64,000 nt of DNA, taken from contig CAVVSC010000010.1 of assembly GCA_963750785.1 (NCBI GenBank), forward strand, positions 67,767 through 131,766, read 5' to 3'. This DNA comes from an uncultured beta proteobacterium (GTDB lineage: Bacteria > Pseudomonadota > Gammaproteobacteria > Burkholderiales > Burkholderiaceae_C). The notes under the pieces are model-generated. The model had not been told where the DNA came from. It made no database searches and was given only the letters and a program-made list of their open reading frames with translations. Shown here in pieces: positions 20,229 to 30,342 of the stretch. Position 1 is the first letter of the stretch. Each line of letters starts with the position of its first letter. A program made the position numbers and the translations under genes.

Positions 20229-22493
20229 ATGAGCGAACGGTTGCCAAGCCTGGGCGACGCGTCGTCCTTCGAAACCAGTTCACTGGATCTGGCGTCAGGC
20301 GCGCTGGAGCGCGGCACCTGGCTTGGCTGGCGCCGCCGCGTGCTGGCCGCGGTGGCCTTGTTGGCCTGCCTGCTGCTTTTCGGTTTCACACGCTGGCTGG
20401 GCGCCACGCCCTTCATCGACTCGCAATGGAGCGCCAGGGCAGACGGTGCCGTGCTGCTGCAGGCCAGCCCGCTGCCGGCCCTGCAAGGCCTGCAGGGCCA
20501 GCGGCTGGTGGCCCTGGGAGACGGACAAAGCGTGGCACGCCCGGTCGATGGATTGCTGCTGCATCGGTCGCCGCGCTGGCAGGTCGACGACCAAGCCCGT
20601 ACGCGCCAGGTGGCGCAGCAGGAGTGGCTCTCGCACTGCTTGGCCGGTGGCAAGGTCGAATTGGTCTTCGAAAGCGGCCAACACGTCTGGGTGGATGCCC
20701 AGGCTCGCGGGTTCGGCGGACTCGGTTTGATGATCTGGCCCCTGGTGGGCTTGGTGCTGCTCCTGTTGCTCTTTGCCGCCGTGGTGGTGCTGGCCAGGCC
20801 GCAGTTGCGAAGTGCCATCTTTGCGCTGATGGCACTGTGCCAGGCTGGCAATCTGGCATTCATTGCGCTGGACACCATGCGCGGCCTGGGCTTGCCCCAG
20901 GGCGCTGCCGCAGCCGACCTGCCTTGGCGACTGACGCTGGACCTGCTGACCGGGGCCGCCATCGTTCAGGCCTTCTGGCGCCTGTCCAGCCGGGTTTCGC
21001 ACGCACCTGCTGCGGCGGCATCCACCTGGGTCCTTGTTGGCTGCGTGCTCTTCTGGGCGCACCTGGGCCCCGCGACCCTGCCTTGGGTCCTGGCCCAGGG
21101 CTTGTGTCTGGCGCTGGGTGTGCAGGCCATCGTGGCGGTGCAGCAAGCCCACCGCGCCGAGCCCAATCCCTATGCCATCGTCATGCGGCGCTTCGCCATG
21201 GTCGGCTTGTTCACGCTGGTCATGGCCACTGCAGCCGTTGCCGTGTCGTCCCGCCGACCCGAAGTGGCCTATGGCGTGGCGGTGGGTGCATCGGTGGCCT
21301 GGTATCTGTTCCTGGCCTCTCTGCTGCTGCTGACACCCTTCCTGTCGCGCAGCCGCCAGGTGCTGCGCGAATTTGCGCTGCTGGCCGGCATCAGCACCGT
21401 GGCTGCATCGGTCGACCTGCTGTTCGCAGCGGTGTTTTCCGCCAGCGCTTTCACCTCACTGGCCCTGGCCGTCTTCATCGCCCTGGCCATCTATGCCGGG
21501 GCACGGCAGTACCTGCTGCAGCGGCTGCTGGGACGCAGCATGCTCACGACGGAGCGCACCTTTGAACTGCTGTACCGCGCCGCGCGCGATGTGCAGGACC
21601 GGCCGAAGCGCTACCCGCAGCGGCAGGCACAACTGCTGCGTGAGTTGTTCGAGCCGCTGGAGCTGACCCGCGCCGAAGCCGGCGCCGCACGCCCTCGCGT
21701 CACCGGCGGAGGGGCCTCGCTGCTGGTGCCCTTGGGCCACGCTGGCGCAGACGGTTTGCAGGCGGTTCAGCTTCGTTTTGCGCAGCGCGGACAGCGCCTC
21801 TTCACCCAGGAAGACGCCCGCCTGGCCCAGCGGGTGCTGGAACAGTTGCGCCGGGCCGTGGCCCATGACGAGGCGGTGGAGCGTGGACGCCGCGAGGAAC
21901 GCCTGCGCATCGCGCAGGACCTGCATGACGACATCGGGGCGCGCCTGCTGACCCTGATGTACCAGGCTCCGAGCAAGGAGATGGAGAACTACATCCGCCA
22001 TACCTTGCAGGACCTGAAAACCCTGACCCGCGGTCTGGCCGCCACCGAGCATCAGCTGTCGCACGCTGCCGCCGAATGGAAGGCCGACTTGAGCCAACGC
22101 CTGCAGGCGGCTGAAGCGCAACTCGGCTGGTCGGTTCAGTTCGACAAGGACCTTCGCTTATCCGTCGTGCAGTGGTCGGCCCTGACACGTGTGCTGCGCG
22201 AACTGGTGACCAATGCGCTCTACCACGGCAACGCAGGTCGCATTGACGTGACCATGGTGCTGCAGAGTGGGCTGCTGGGCTTGACGGTCACCGACGATGG
22301 ACAAGGGCGTGCGCCCGAGGCGTGGGCCCATGGGCTGGGCCTGGGCGGCGTGCGCAAGCGGGTCAAATTGCTGGGCGGCCGGGTGCAATGGACCGAGCGA
22401 GACCCCATTGGCATTCGCTGCGAAGTCCAGATCCCGAGCTTTACAGAGTCCGGAAAACAGGCGACGTCAACCAGCGGCGAAGCGCCACGTTGA
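20229..22493 (+). CDS. Multi-TM sensor histidine kinase (HisKA_3 type)
   Basis: Many TM segments; ERLRIAQDLHDDIG H-box; ELVTNA; DDGQG; GLGLGG. Confidence 0.88.
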   Translation: MSERLPSLGDASSFETSSLDLASGALERGTWLGWRRRVLAAVALLACLLLFGFTRWLGATPFIDSQWSARADGAVLLQASPLPALQGLQGQRLVALGDGQSVARPVDGLLLHRSPRWQVDDQARTRQVAQQEWLSHCLAGGKVELVFESGQHVWVDAQARGFGGLGLMIWPLVGLVLLLLLFAAVVVLARPQLRSAIFALMALCQAGNLAFIALDTMRGLGLPQGAAAADLPWRLTLDLLTGAAIVQAFWRLSSRVSHAPAAAASTWVLVGCVLFWAHLGPATLPWVLAQGLCLALGVQAIVAVQQAHRAEPNPYAIVMRRFAMVGLFTLVMATAAVAVSSRRPEVAYGVAVGASVAWYLFLASLLLLTPFLSRSRQVLREFALLAGISTVAASVDLLFAAVFSASAFTSLALAVFIALAIYAGARQYLLQRLLGRSMLTTERTFELLYRAARDVQDRPKRYPQRQAQLLRELFEPLELTRAEAGAARPRVTGGGASLLVPLGHAGADGLQAVQLRFAQRGQRLFTQEDARLAQRVLEQLRRAVAHDEAVERGRREERLRIAQDLHDDIGARLLTLMYQAPSKEMENYIRHTLQDLKTLTRGLAATEHQLSHAAAEWKADLSQRLQAAEAQLGWSVQFDKDLRLSVVQWSALTRVLRELVTNALYHGNAGRIDVTMVLQSGLLGLTVTDDGQGRAPEAWAHGLGLGGVRKRVKLLGGRVQWTERDPIGIRCEVQIPSFTESGKQATSTSGEAPR

Positions 22494-22632
22494 ACAGCCA
22501 TCGCGAGGCCAATCCGGCCGGCGCAACACCAGGTGGCGGCATCCATGACACCCCCGAGTGCGAGCAGTGTGATTTCCGAGGACAATAGCGGCTTCGCGTC
22601 GACCGGGGCGCCCTTCCCGGCTTCCTCCTGCC

Positions 22633-22887
22633 ATGACCACTCGCCGCACCCCACCCACACCCGATACCACCAACGGCCCGAAGCTGCGCCAGACGCAAGC
22701 CGAGTACACGGCCGCCCGCCCGCACGCCGAACCCGGCGTGAAGCCCATGATGTCCAGCTCGAAGATGTACGTGTGCATCAAGTGCCACGCCAACTTCAAG
22801 ACGGGCGACGGCAAGCCCGACCCGCGTCTGCGCGGCTTGGGCCGGTGCAACAACTGTCTGGGCGTCACCGTCTCGGCGGCGACCTGA
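22633..22887 (+). CDS. Small Cys4 protein (CxxC-x23-CxxC, zinc-ribbon-like), function unknown
   Basis: 84 aa with strongly host-like codon use; CIKC...CNNC; ends 42 nt before the HiPIP start. Confidence 0.65.
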   Translation: MTTRRTPPTPDTTNGPKLRQTQAEYTAARPHAEPGVKPMMSSSKMYVCIKCHANFKTGDGKPDPRLRGLGRCNNCLGVTVSAAT

Positions 22888-22929
22888 TTTCCTGATTTTC
22901 CGCAACCCTGTTCTGGAGCAAGACTTCCC

Positions 22930-23244
22930 ATGTCTCAAAGCAACCGCCGTGTCTTCCTGATGCAAGTGGCCGCCTGCGGCTCTGTTCTGGCCGCCGTGGG
23001 CACCGCACAGGCCCAGGCTGTCAAGGTCGATGAAAAGGATCCCCAGGCCGTCGCGCTGGGCTACGTGTCCGACACCGCCAAGGCTGACTCGAAGAAGTTC
23101 CCCAAGCACGCCAAGGACCAGAAGTGCAGCGGCTGCGCCCTGTTCCAGGGCAAGGCGGGTGACGCAGCCGGCGGTTGCCCGCTGTTTGGCACCAAGCAGG
23201 TCGCTGCTGGCGGCTGGTGCAGCGCGTACGCCAAGAAGGGCTGA
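22930..23244 (+). CDS. hip: High-potential iron-sulfur protein (HiPIP), Tat-exported
   Basis: Tat signal SNRRVFL; ALGYVSD; four Cys ligands in CSGC...GCPLF...GWCSAY. Confidence 0.93.
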   Translation: MSQSNRRVFLMQVAACGSVLAAVGTAQAQAVKVDEKDPQAVALGYVSDTAKADSKKFPKHAKDQKCSGCALFQGKAGDAAGGCPLFGTKQVAAGGWCSAYAKKG

Positions 23245-23266
23245 ACGTCTTTCCGGCTCAGACCAA

Positions 23267-23287
23267 GCGGCCCTTCGGGGCCGTTTT
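23267..23287 (+). terminator. Rho-independent terminator after hip
   Basis: CGGCCC-TTCG-GGGCCG-TTTT. Confidence 0.75.
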
Positions 23288-23304
23288 GCATGCTGGAGCC
23301 TTGT

Positions 23305-24423
23305 TCAGCGTGACAGCAGGGCCACCACCTCTTCGCCAATCGCCATCGACGAGGTCAGCCCCGGCGATTCAATCCCGAACAGGTTCACCAGCCCGGCCAC
23401 GCCGTGCTGTGCCGGCCCGTCGATCCGGAAGTCAGGCGCGGCTTGGCCTGGGCCGTGGATCTTCGGCCGCACGCCGCTGTAGCCGGGGTGCAGCGCGTGG
23501 TCAGGCAAGGCGGGCCAATACCGGCGAATCGCCTCTTCAAAACCCTCGGCACGTGCCGGGTTCACCGTGTAGTCGATCGCCTCCGGGCCGGCTATGTCCA
23601 ACCACTCCAGGTCGGGCCCGAAGCGCGCCTGCCCCGCCAAGTCGAGCGTCAGGTGCACCCCCAGCCAGGCGTCCACTGGCGCCGGATAGACGAGGCACCG
23701 GAAAGGCGAGCGCCCGGCCAATGTGAAGTAGCTGCCCTTGGCAAAGCCAGCGGTCGGCAGTGCCGGCGTCGGTAGGCCTTGCATCTGCCGGGCCAGCGCA
23801 ACAGCATGCAAGCCAGCCGCATTGACGACCTGGCCCGCCAGCAAGGTGCTGGCAACGCCATCGGCATCCACGTCCACCACGGCACCTTCGCGGGTGAATC
23901 GCAGCCCCACCACGCGCGACAGGAGAGCCACCATGCCGCCGGCCCGTTCGAGGTCTCCCTGCAGGGCCAACATGAACGCGTGGCTGTCCACGATGCCCGT
24001 CGTGGGCGACCACAGCGCTGCCGTGCAATGCAATGCGGGCTCGCGCTGCTGCGCCTGGGCAGCGGACAGCCAGTCCACCGGCACGCCATTGTGGGCGGCC
24101 TTGTCCTGCAGGACGCGAAGCGCGGCGTGTTGTGCGTCGTCTGTGGCCACCACGAGCTTGCCGCAGACCTGGTGTGGCACGCCCTGTCGCGCGCACAGGG
24201 CGTACATCAACTCCTTGCCTTGCACGCACAGCCGGGCCTTCGCCGAACCTGGCGGGTAGTAAAGGCCAGCGTGGATGACCTCGCTGTTGCGCGAACTGAC
24301 GCCTTGCCCGATGCCCTCAGAAGCCTCGGCAACCACCACCTCGTGGCCTGCCTGCGCCAGCGCCCGGCCCACCGCCAGACCCACGGCTCCTGCGCCAATC
24401 ACCAGCGTGTCAATGCGGTCCAT
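23305..24423 (-). CDS. FAD-dependent oxidoreductase, LhgO/L-2-hydroxyglutarate dehydrogenase-like
   Basis: VIGAGAVG, SSRNSEVIHAGLYY, KGSYF, LGVHLT, GIESPGLTSS. Confidence 0.87.
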   Translation of the reverse strand: MDRIDTLVIGAGAVGLAVGRALAQAGHEVVVAEASEGIGQGVSSRNSEVIHAGLYYPPGSAKARLCVQGKELMYALCARQGVPHQVCGKLVVATDDAQHAALRVLQDKAAHNGVPVDWLSAAQAQQREPALHCTAALWSPTTGIVDSHAFMLALQGDLERAGGMVALLSRVVGLRFTREGAVVDVDADGVASTLLAGQVVNAAGLHAVALARQMQGLPTPALPTAGFAKGSYFTLAGRSPFRCLVYPAPVDAWLGVHLTLDLAGQARFGPDLEWLDIAGPEAIDYTVNPARAEGFEEAIRRYWPALPDHALHPGYSGVRPKIHGPGQAAPDFRIDGPAQHGVAGLVNLFGIESPGLTSSMAIGEEVVALLSR

Positions 24424-25451
24424 CAGTCTTCGTCTCCGATGGGCAGTTCTCGTTGACCCTGCGCGCCGTACTCGCCGGGAGGTACGCCCGTCCACTTCTT
24501 GAAGGCGCGGTGAAAGGCGCTGGGTTCGCGAAAGCCCAGCAGGAATCCCACCTCGGAAACGCTGTGTCCACCCTGGGACAGGTGGATGATCGCTGCGTCT
24601 CGTCGCAGATGGTCCTTGATGGCGCGGTAGCTGCTGCCCTCACGCTCCAGGTGGCGCCGCAGTGTGGACGGCGTGATCTGGAGCTCACGCGCCAAGTCCG
24701 CCATCGTCGGCCACTCGTCGCCGACCCGTACGGCACGCATCCGGCGGCGGATACGCGCGGCCCAGCCCTGCGTGTTGCGGTATTTCAGGAACACCGACTG
24801 GGGCGCCGTGCGCAGGAAGTCGGTCAGTGACTTGCCGTCCTGCACCACTGGCGCGGACAGCCAGCGCGCGTCAAAGCTGGCCACCGTGGCCGGCGCCTCG
24901 AATCGCAACTCAGGCGTGAACATCACGGTGTATTCCTGCGCATGTGCAGGCCGCTGCTGCGAAAAAGCCACCATCCGCAGCGGTATGCGCCGACCCACCA
25001 GCCAGCACATCAGGCCATGCACCATGACCAGGAATGTCTCGTCGGCAAAGCGTCGCGCGCGCGGTTCGCGGATGCTGTTGCGCAGCGTGATGCGGGCTTC
25101 ATCGCCATCCAATTGCAGAACTGCGCCCACTTCGTCCAGGAAGGCTTCGAAGCCGCCGAGCATCTGGCGCACGGCGCGGTCCAGCGTGCCCGCATGCAAC
25201 ACCGCACGGCACAGCAGGGCGAAGCTGCCGACCTTCATGCGGCGCCTGTCCAGGCCGAAGAACTCGTCGTCCAATTCGTGGGCGACCGCCATCCAGAGCG
25301 CTGCAAAAGCCTCGGATGTGACGCGCGCTCCCGCCGAACGCAAGAGTTGCGGCGAGATGCCCGCCTGAGCCAACACCCGCGCACAGGCGGCGGGCTCAAG
25401 ACGCGCCACGGCGGCTTCAACGAAATGGATGGCGACCGTGTCCTTGTCCAT
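24423..25451 (-). CDS. AraC-family regulator (OruR/Arabinose_bd_2 type), divergent from icmF
   Basis: C-terminal double [21 protein letters not shown]. Confidence 0.9.
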   Translation of the reverse strand: MDKDTVAIHFVEAAVARLEPAACARVLAQAGISPQLLRSAGARVTSEAFAALWMAVAHELDDEFFGLDRRRMKVGSFALLCRAVLHAGTLDRAVRQMLGGFEAFLDEVGAVLQLDGDEARITLRNSIREPRARRFADETFLVMVHGLMCWLVGRRIPLRMVAFSQQRPAHAQEYTVMFTPELRFEAPATVASFDARWLSAPVVQDGKSLTDFLRTAPQSVFLKYRNTQGWAARIRRRMRAVRVGDEWPTMADLARELQITPSTLRRHLEREGSSYRAIKDHLRRDAAIIHLSQGGHSVSEVGFLLGFREPSAFHRAFKKWTGVPPGEYGAQGQRELPIGDED

Positions 25452-25573
25452 GGGCGCTGAAGTCTAGGTCGGCGAGTGCCCAAATCGCGCAGCTCGGGCG
25501 GCGTTTTGGAGCATCGCCACCTGGGACGCCGGCCGCTAAAGTCGACTTTGAGACAAGCTACCAGAAGAGCGCC

Positions 25574-28500
25574 ATGACCGACCTGTCCGCCGAATTCAAG
25601 GCCCTTGCCGAGTACCGCCCCACGCACAAGGTCCGCTTTGTGACCGCGGCCAGTCTGTTTGACGGGCACGACGCAGCCATCAACATCATGCGGCGCATCT
25701 TGCAGGGCATGGGCGCCGAGGTCATCCATCTGGGCCACAACCGCAGCGTGGAAGAGGTGGTGACGGCGGCTTTGCAGGAGGACGTGCAAGGCATCGCCAT
25801 CAGCAGCTACCAGGGCGGCCACGTCGAATACTTCAAGTACATGGTGGACCTGCTGAAGACTCGCGGCGGCGCGCACGTGCAGGTCTTCGGCGGCGGCGGC
25901 GGCGTCATCGTGCCGGCGGAAATCCGCGAACTGCAGGGCTACGGCGTCAGCCGCATCTACAGCCCCGAAGACGGCCAGCGCATGGGCCTGCAGGGCATGA
26001 TCGGCGAGATGGTCATGCGTGCTGACCACGACCTGTGCGTGCACGCGCCCACGGACGTGGCGGCACTTCAAGGCCACAGCGACGCGGCTTGGCGCGTACT
26101 GGCCCAGGCCATCACCGCTTTGGAAAACGGCAAGGCCGACCCCACCTTCAAGGCTGCACTGGCCCAGGCCGCCGCGGGCCGCCGCATCCCCGTGCTGGGC
26201 ATCACCGGCACCGGCGGCGCCGGCAAGAGCAGCCTTACCGACGAGCTGATCCGCCGCTTGCGACTGGACCAGAACGACGCGTTGCGCGTGGCAGTGATCA
26301 GCATCGACCCCAGCCGGCGCAAAAGCGGGGGCGCCTTGCTCGGCGACCGCATCCGCATGAATGCCATCAGCCCATGGAGCGCGGGACCTCGCGTCTTCAT
26401 GCGCAGCCTGGCCACGCGGGACTTCGGCAGCGAAATCAGCCAGGCCCTGCCCGACGTGGTGACCGCCTGCAAGGCCGCGGGCTTTGACCTGGTGGTGGTG
26501 GAGACCTCGGGCATCGGCCAGGGCGACGCCGCCATCGTGCCGCTGGTGGACGTGCCGCTGTACGTGATGACCCCGGAGTTCGGCGCGGCCAGCCAGTTGG
26601 AGAAGATCGACATGCTCGACTTCGCCGACTTCGTGGCCATCAACAAGTTTGACCGCAAGGGCAGCCAGGACGCCCTGCGCGACGTGGCCAAGCAGGTGCA
26701 ACGCAACAAGGAAGCCTGGAAGACGCCGGCCGAGCAAATGCCGGTTTTCGGCACCATGGCCAGCCGCTTCAATGACGACGGGGTCACAGCGCTGTACCAG
26801 GCCTTGCTGCCACGCTTGTCGGGCCTGGGTCTTTCGGTGACGGAAGGCCGCCTGCCCCGCGTGGACACGCGCCACAGCACGCACCAGGTGCCCATCGTGC
26901 CAGGGGGACGGGTGCGCTACCTGGCGGACATTGCCGACACCGTGCGCGGCTACAAGGCCCGGTCGCGCGCGCAAGCGCGGCTCGCGCGCGAAGTTCAACA
27001 GCTGCGCGAAAGCGCACGCATGCTCTTCGAAGCCATTCCCAGCAAACACCGCGCGCGGGATGCGCTGGACGAACAGGCGATGTTGCGAGAAGCAAAGCTG
27101 GACGCCAATTCCAGGCAACTGCTGGCGCAATGGCCGGCCATGCAGCAGGCCTACGCAGGTGACGAGTACGTGGTGAAGATCCGCGACAAGGAAATCCGCA
27201 CGGGCCTCATCCACACCACCTTGAGCGGCAACAAGATCCGCAAGGTGGCGCTGCCGACCTATGAAGACCACGGCGAAATCCTGAAGTGGCTGCTGCTGGA
27301 CAACGTGCCTGGCAGCTTCCCCTACACCGCCGGTGTCTTCGCCTTCAAGCGCGAAGGCGAAGACCCCACCCGCATGTTCGCGGGAGAAGGGGACGCCTTC
27401 CGCACCAACCGCCGCTTCAAGATGGTCAGTGAAGGCCTGCCCGCCAAGCGCCTGTCCACCGCCTTCGACAGCGTCACGCTCTACGGCAACGACCCCGACC
27501 TGCGGCCGGACATCTACGGCAAAGTCGGCAATTCGGGCGTCAGCATCGCCACGCTGGACGACCTGAAGGTCTTGTATTCGGGCTTCGACCTGACCAACCC
27601 CAGCACCAGCGTGAGCATGACGATCAACGGACCTGCGCCTTCGATCCTGGCCATGTTCATGAACACGGCCATCGACCAGAACCTGGACAAGTTCAAGGCC
27701 GACAACGGGCGCGAACCCACGGCCGACGAAGCGCAGAAAATCCGAGCCTGGACGCTGGCCAATGTGCGCGGCACCGTGCAGGCCGACATCCTGAAGGAAG
27801 ACCAGGGCCAGAACACCTGCATCTTCAGCACCGAGTTTTCATTGAAGGTGATGGGCGACATCGCCGAGTACTTCGTGCACCATGACGTGCGCAACTTCTA
27901 CTCGGTCAGCATCAGCGGGTACCACATTGCCGAAGCCGGCGCCAACCCGATCAGCCAGCTGGCCTTCACGCTGAGCAACGGCTTTACCTTCGTGGAGGCG
28001 TACCTGGCCCGCGGCATGCACATCGACGACTTCGCGCCGAACCTGAGCTTCTTCTTCAGCAACGGCATGGACCCGGAATACACGGTGATGGGCCGAGTCG
28101 CGCGCCGCATCTGGGCCGTGGCCCTGCGGGACCGCTACGGCGCGAATGAGCGCAGCCAGAAACTGAAATACCACATCCAGACCAGCGGTCGCAGTCTGCA
28201 CGCGCAGGAAATTGCCTTCAACGACATCCGCACCACGCTGCAGGCGCTGATTGCCATCTACGACAACTGCAACAGCCTGCACACCAATGCCTACGACGAG
28301 GCCATCACCACGCCTACCGAGGAAAGTGTGCGGCGGGCGATGGCCATCCAGTTGATCATCAACCGCGAATGGGGCCTGGCGAAGAACGAGAACCCCAACC
28401 AGGGCGCCTTCATCATCGACGAGTTGACTGAACTGGTTGAAGAAGCTGTGCTGGCGGAGTTCGAGAAGATCGCCGAACGCGGCGGCGTGCTGGGCGCCAT

Positions 28501-28867
28501 GGAGACCGGCTACCAGCGCAGCAAGATCCAGGAAGAGTCCATGCACTACGAGATGCAGAAGCACACCGGCGAGTACCCCATCATCGGCGTCAACACCTTC
28601 CGCAACCCGCATGGCGACCCGGTGTCCGAGCACATAGAACTGGCACGCAGCACGGACGAAGAAAAGCAGAGCCAGTTGAGGCGCCTGAACGACTTCCACG
28701 GCCGGCACGCGGCCGAGGCGCCCGCTCAATTGCAGCGACTGCAGCAAGCGGTCATCGACAACGGCAATGTTTTCGCCGTGCTGATGGATGCGGTGCGCGT
28801 GTGCAGCCTGGGGCAGATCACGCACGCGCTGTTCGAGGTGGGCGGCCAGTACCGCCGCAGCATGTAG
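25574..28867 (+). CDS. icmF: Fused isobutyryl-CoA mutase / MeaB-like GTPase (B12-dependent)
   Basis: B12-binding [10 protein letters not shown]; GTPase [12 protein letters not shown] and NKFD; mutase domain [19 protein letters not shown] and HTNAYDE; 1097 aa. Confidence 0.95.
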   Translation: MTDLSAEFKALAEYRPTHKVRFVTAASLFDGHDAAINIMRRILQGMGAEVIHLGHNRSVEEVVTAALQEDVQGIAISSYQGGHVEYFKYMVDLLKTRGGAHVQVFGGGGGVIVPAEIRELQGYGVSRIYSPEDGQRMGLQGMIGEMVMRADHDLCVHAPTDVAALQGHSDAAWRVLAQAITALENGKADPTFKAALAQAAAGRRIPVLGITGTGGAGKSSLTDELIRRLRLDQNDALRVAVISIDPSRRKSGGALLGDRIRMNAISPWSAGPRVFMRSLATRDFGSEISQALPDVVTACKAAGFDLVVVETSGIGQGDAAIVPLVDVPLYVMTPEFGAASQLEKIDMLDFADFVAINKFDRKGSQDALRDVAKQVQRNKEAWKTPAEQMPVFGTMASRFNDDGVTALYQALLPRLSGLGLSVTEGRLPRVDTRHSTHQVPIVPGGRVRYLADIADTVRGYKARSRAQARLAREVQQLRESARMLFEAIPSKHRARDALDEQAMLREAKLDANSRQLLAQWPAMQQAYAGDEYVVKIRDKEIRTGLIHTTLSGNKIRKVALPTYEDHGEILKWLLLDNVPGSFPYTAGVFAFKREGEDPTRMFAGEGDAFRTNRRFKMVSEGLPAKRLSTAFDSVTLYGNDPDLRPDIYGKVGNSGVSIATLDDLKVLYSGFDLTNPSTSVSMTINGPAPSILAMFMNTAIDQNLDKFKADNGREPTADEAQKIRAWTLANVRGTVQADILKEDQGQNTCIFSTEFSLKVMGDIAEYFVHHDVRNFYSVSISGYHIAEAGANPISQLAFTLSNGFTFVEAYLARGMHIDDFAPNLSFFFSNGMDPEYTVMGRVARRIWAVALRDRYGANERSQKLKYHIQTSGRSLHAQEIAFNDIRTTLQALIAIYDNCNSLHTNAYDEAITTPTEESVRRAMAIQLIINREWGLAKNENPNQGAFIIDELTELVEEAVLAEFEKIAERGGVLGAMETGYQRSKIQEESMHYEMQKHTGEYPIIGVNTFRNPHGDPVSEHIELARSTDEEKQSQLRRLNDFHGRHAAEAPAQLQRLQQAVIDNGNVFAVLMDAVRVCSLGQITHALFEVGGQYRRSM

Positions 28868-28911
28868 GACGGAGAGCCGCGCCGAAGCGCGCGCCGGGCA
28901 GAATCCGGGCG

Positions 28912-30342
28912 ATGAACATCATCATCATCGGCGCAGGCCGGGTTGGCGAAAGTGTCGCCGAGAGCCTGGCGTCGGAGCAGAACGACATCACGGTGGTGGA
29001 CGTCGACTCCCTCCGCCTGGCTGCGTTGCAGGATCGCCTTGAGGTGCGGGGTGTCGTCGGAAACGGCATTGAGCCTTCGGTGCTCAAGAACGCCGGCGCC
29101 GAAGACGCCGACATGCTGATTGCCTGCGCACCGCTGGACGAGACCAATCTGGTGGCGTGCAAGATCGCGCACGACATGTTCCACATCCAGACACGCATCG
29201 CACGCGTGCGCAGCACGGAACTGGCCGGCGGCAGCCCGCTCATGGGCACCCAGGGCTTCGCGGTGGACGAGGTGATCTGCCCCGAGGAAAGCCTGACCAC
29301 CTACATCCGCAAGCTCATCGAATTTCCTGAAGCCTTGCAGGTGCTGGAGTTTTCGCAGCAGCGCGTCAGCCTGATCGCCGTCAGGGCCATCGAAGGCGGC
29401 GCGCTGGTTCACCACACCATCTCTGAATTGCCTCAGCTTGCATCGGACTTGCCGATGCGCATCGTGGCCATCTACAGAACCGACACGCTCGGCGCGGAGC
29501 AGCAGGTGCTGTGTGAAGGGGACGCCCGGATCGAAGTCGGTGACGAGGTCTTCGTGGTGGCCGCGAACGAACACATCCGACCGGTGCTGGATGCCCTGCG
29601 TCGCCGCGACGAACCGGTGCGGCGCGTGATGATTGCGGGCGGCGGCCGCGTCGGGCTTCGCTTGGCACGCCGGATCGCACGCGAGTGCGAGGTGAAGATC
29701 ATCGAGTCCAGCACGGCGCGCTGCGAATACCTGTCGACGCAACTGCCCAGCAGCACCTTGATCCTGCGGGGCGACACCACCGATGAAGACTTGCTCGAAA
29801 GCGAAAGCGTCCGCGACACGGACCTCTTCCTTGCACTGACCAGCGAGGACGAGGACAACATCATGGCCTGCCTGCTGGCCAAGCGCATGGGTGCACGCCG
29901 GGTACTTGCACTGATCAACCGACGGGCATATGCGGACCTCGTGCAGGGGCAAGGGACCCAGATTGACATCGCCATCTCGCCGTCGCAAGCGGTCATCGGC
30001 GAGCTCCTTGCGCATGTCCGCCGCGGTGACGTGGCCGCCGTCCACAGCCTCAGGCGGGGTGCAGCCGAAGTGCTGGAGACGGTGGTGCGCGGCGATCGCA
30101 AGAGTTCACGGGTGGTGGGTCGTCGCATCGACCAGCTCGCGCTGCCCGCCGGCACGCAGATTGGCGCGATCGTCCGCGACATCCCGGCAGAAGAAGGCAA
30201 GCCGGCCAGCAAGCAGGTCATCATCCCGCACCACGACACCGTGATCCAGAGCGACGACCATGTCGTCGTGTTTGTTCCGCGCAAGCGCATGGTGCGCCAG
30301 GTCGAGAAACTCTTCCAGGTTGGCGTGAGCTTCTTCGGATGA
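28912..30342 (+). CDS. trkA: Trk K+ uptake system, NAD-binding subunit
   Basis: Two RCK_N domains (IIIGAGRVG, MIAGGGRVG) plus RCK_C domains. Confidence 0.92.
   Translation: MNIIIIGAGRVGESVAESLASEQNDITVVDVDSLRLAALQDRLEVRGVVGNGIEPSVLKNAGAEDADMLIACAPLDETNLVACKIAHDMFHIQTRIARVRSTELAGGSPLMGTQGFAVDEVICPEESLTTYIRKLIEFPEALQVLEFSQQRVSLIAVRAIEGGALVHHTISELPQLASDLPMRIVAIYRTDTLGAEQQVLCEGDARIEVGDEVFVVAANEHIRPVLDALRRRDEPVRRVMIAGGGRVGLRLARRIARECEVKIIESSTARCEYLSTQLPSSTLILRGDTTDEDLLESESVRDTDLFLALTSEDEDNIMACLLAKRMGARRVLALINRRAYADLVQGQGTQIDIAISPSQAVIGELLAHVRRGDVAAVHSLRRGAAEVLETVVRGDRKSSRVVGRRIDQLALPAGTQIGAIVRDIPAEEGKPASKQVIIPHHDTVIQSDDHVVVFVPRKRMVRQVEKLFQVGVSFFG

Noticed and set aside
22633-22887. c-type cytochrome from the CIKCH (CxxCH) motif
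   Set aside because: There is no signal peptide for periplasmic heme attachment, and the second CxxC favours a four-Cys metal site.
25574-28867. Type VI secretion IcmF/TssM
   Set aside because: Name clash only. The motifs are those of the B12 acyl-CoA mutase-GTPase fusion, and no T6SS genes are present.
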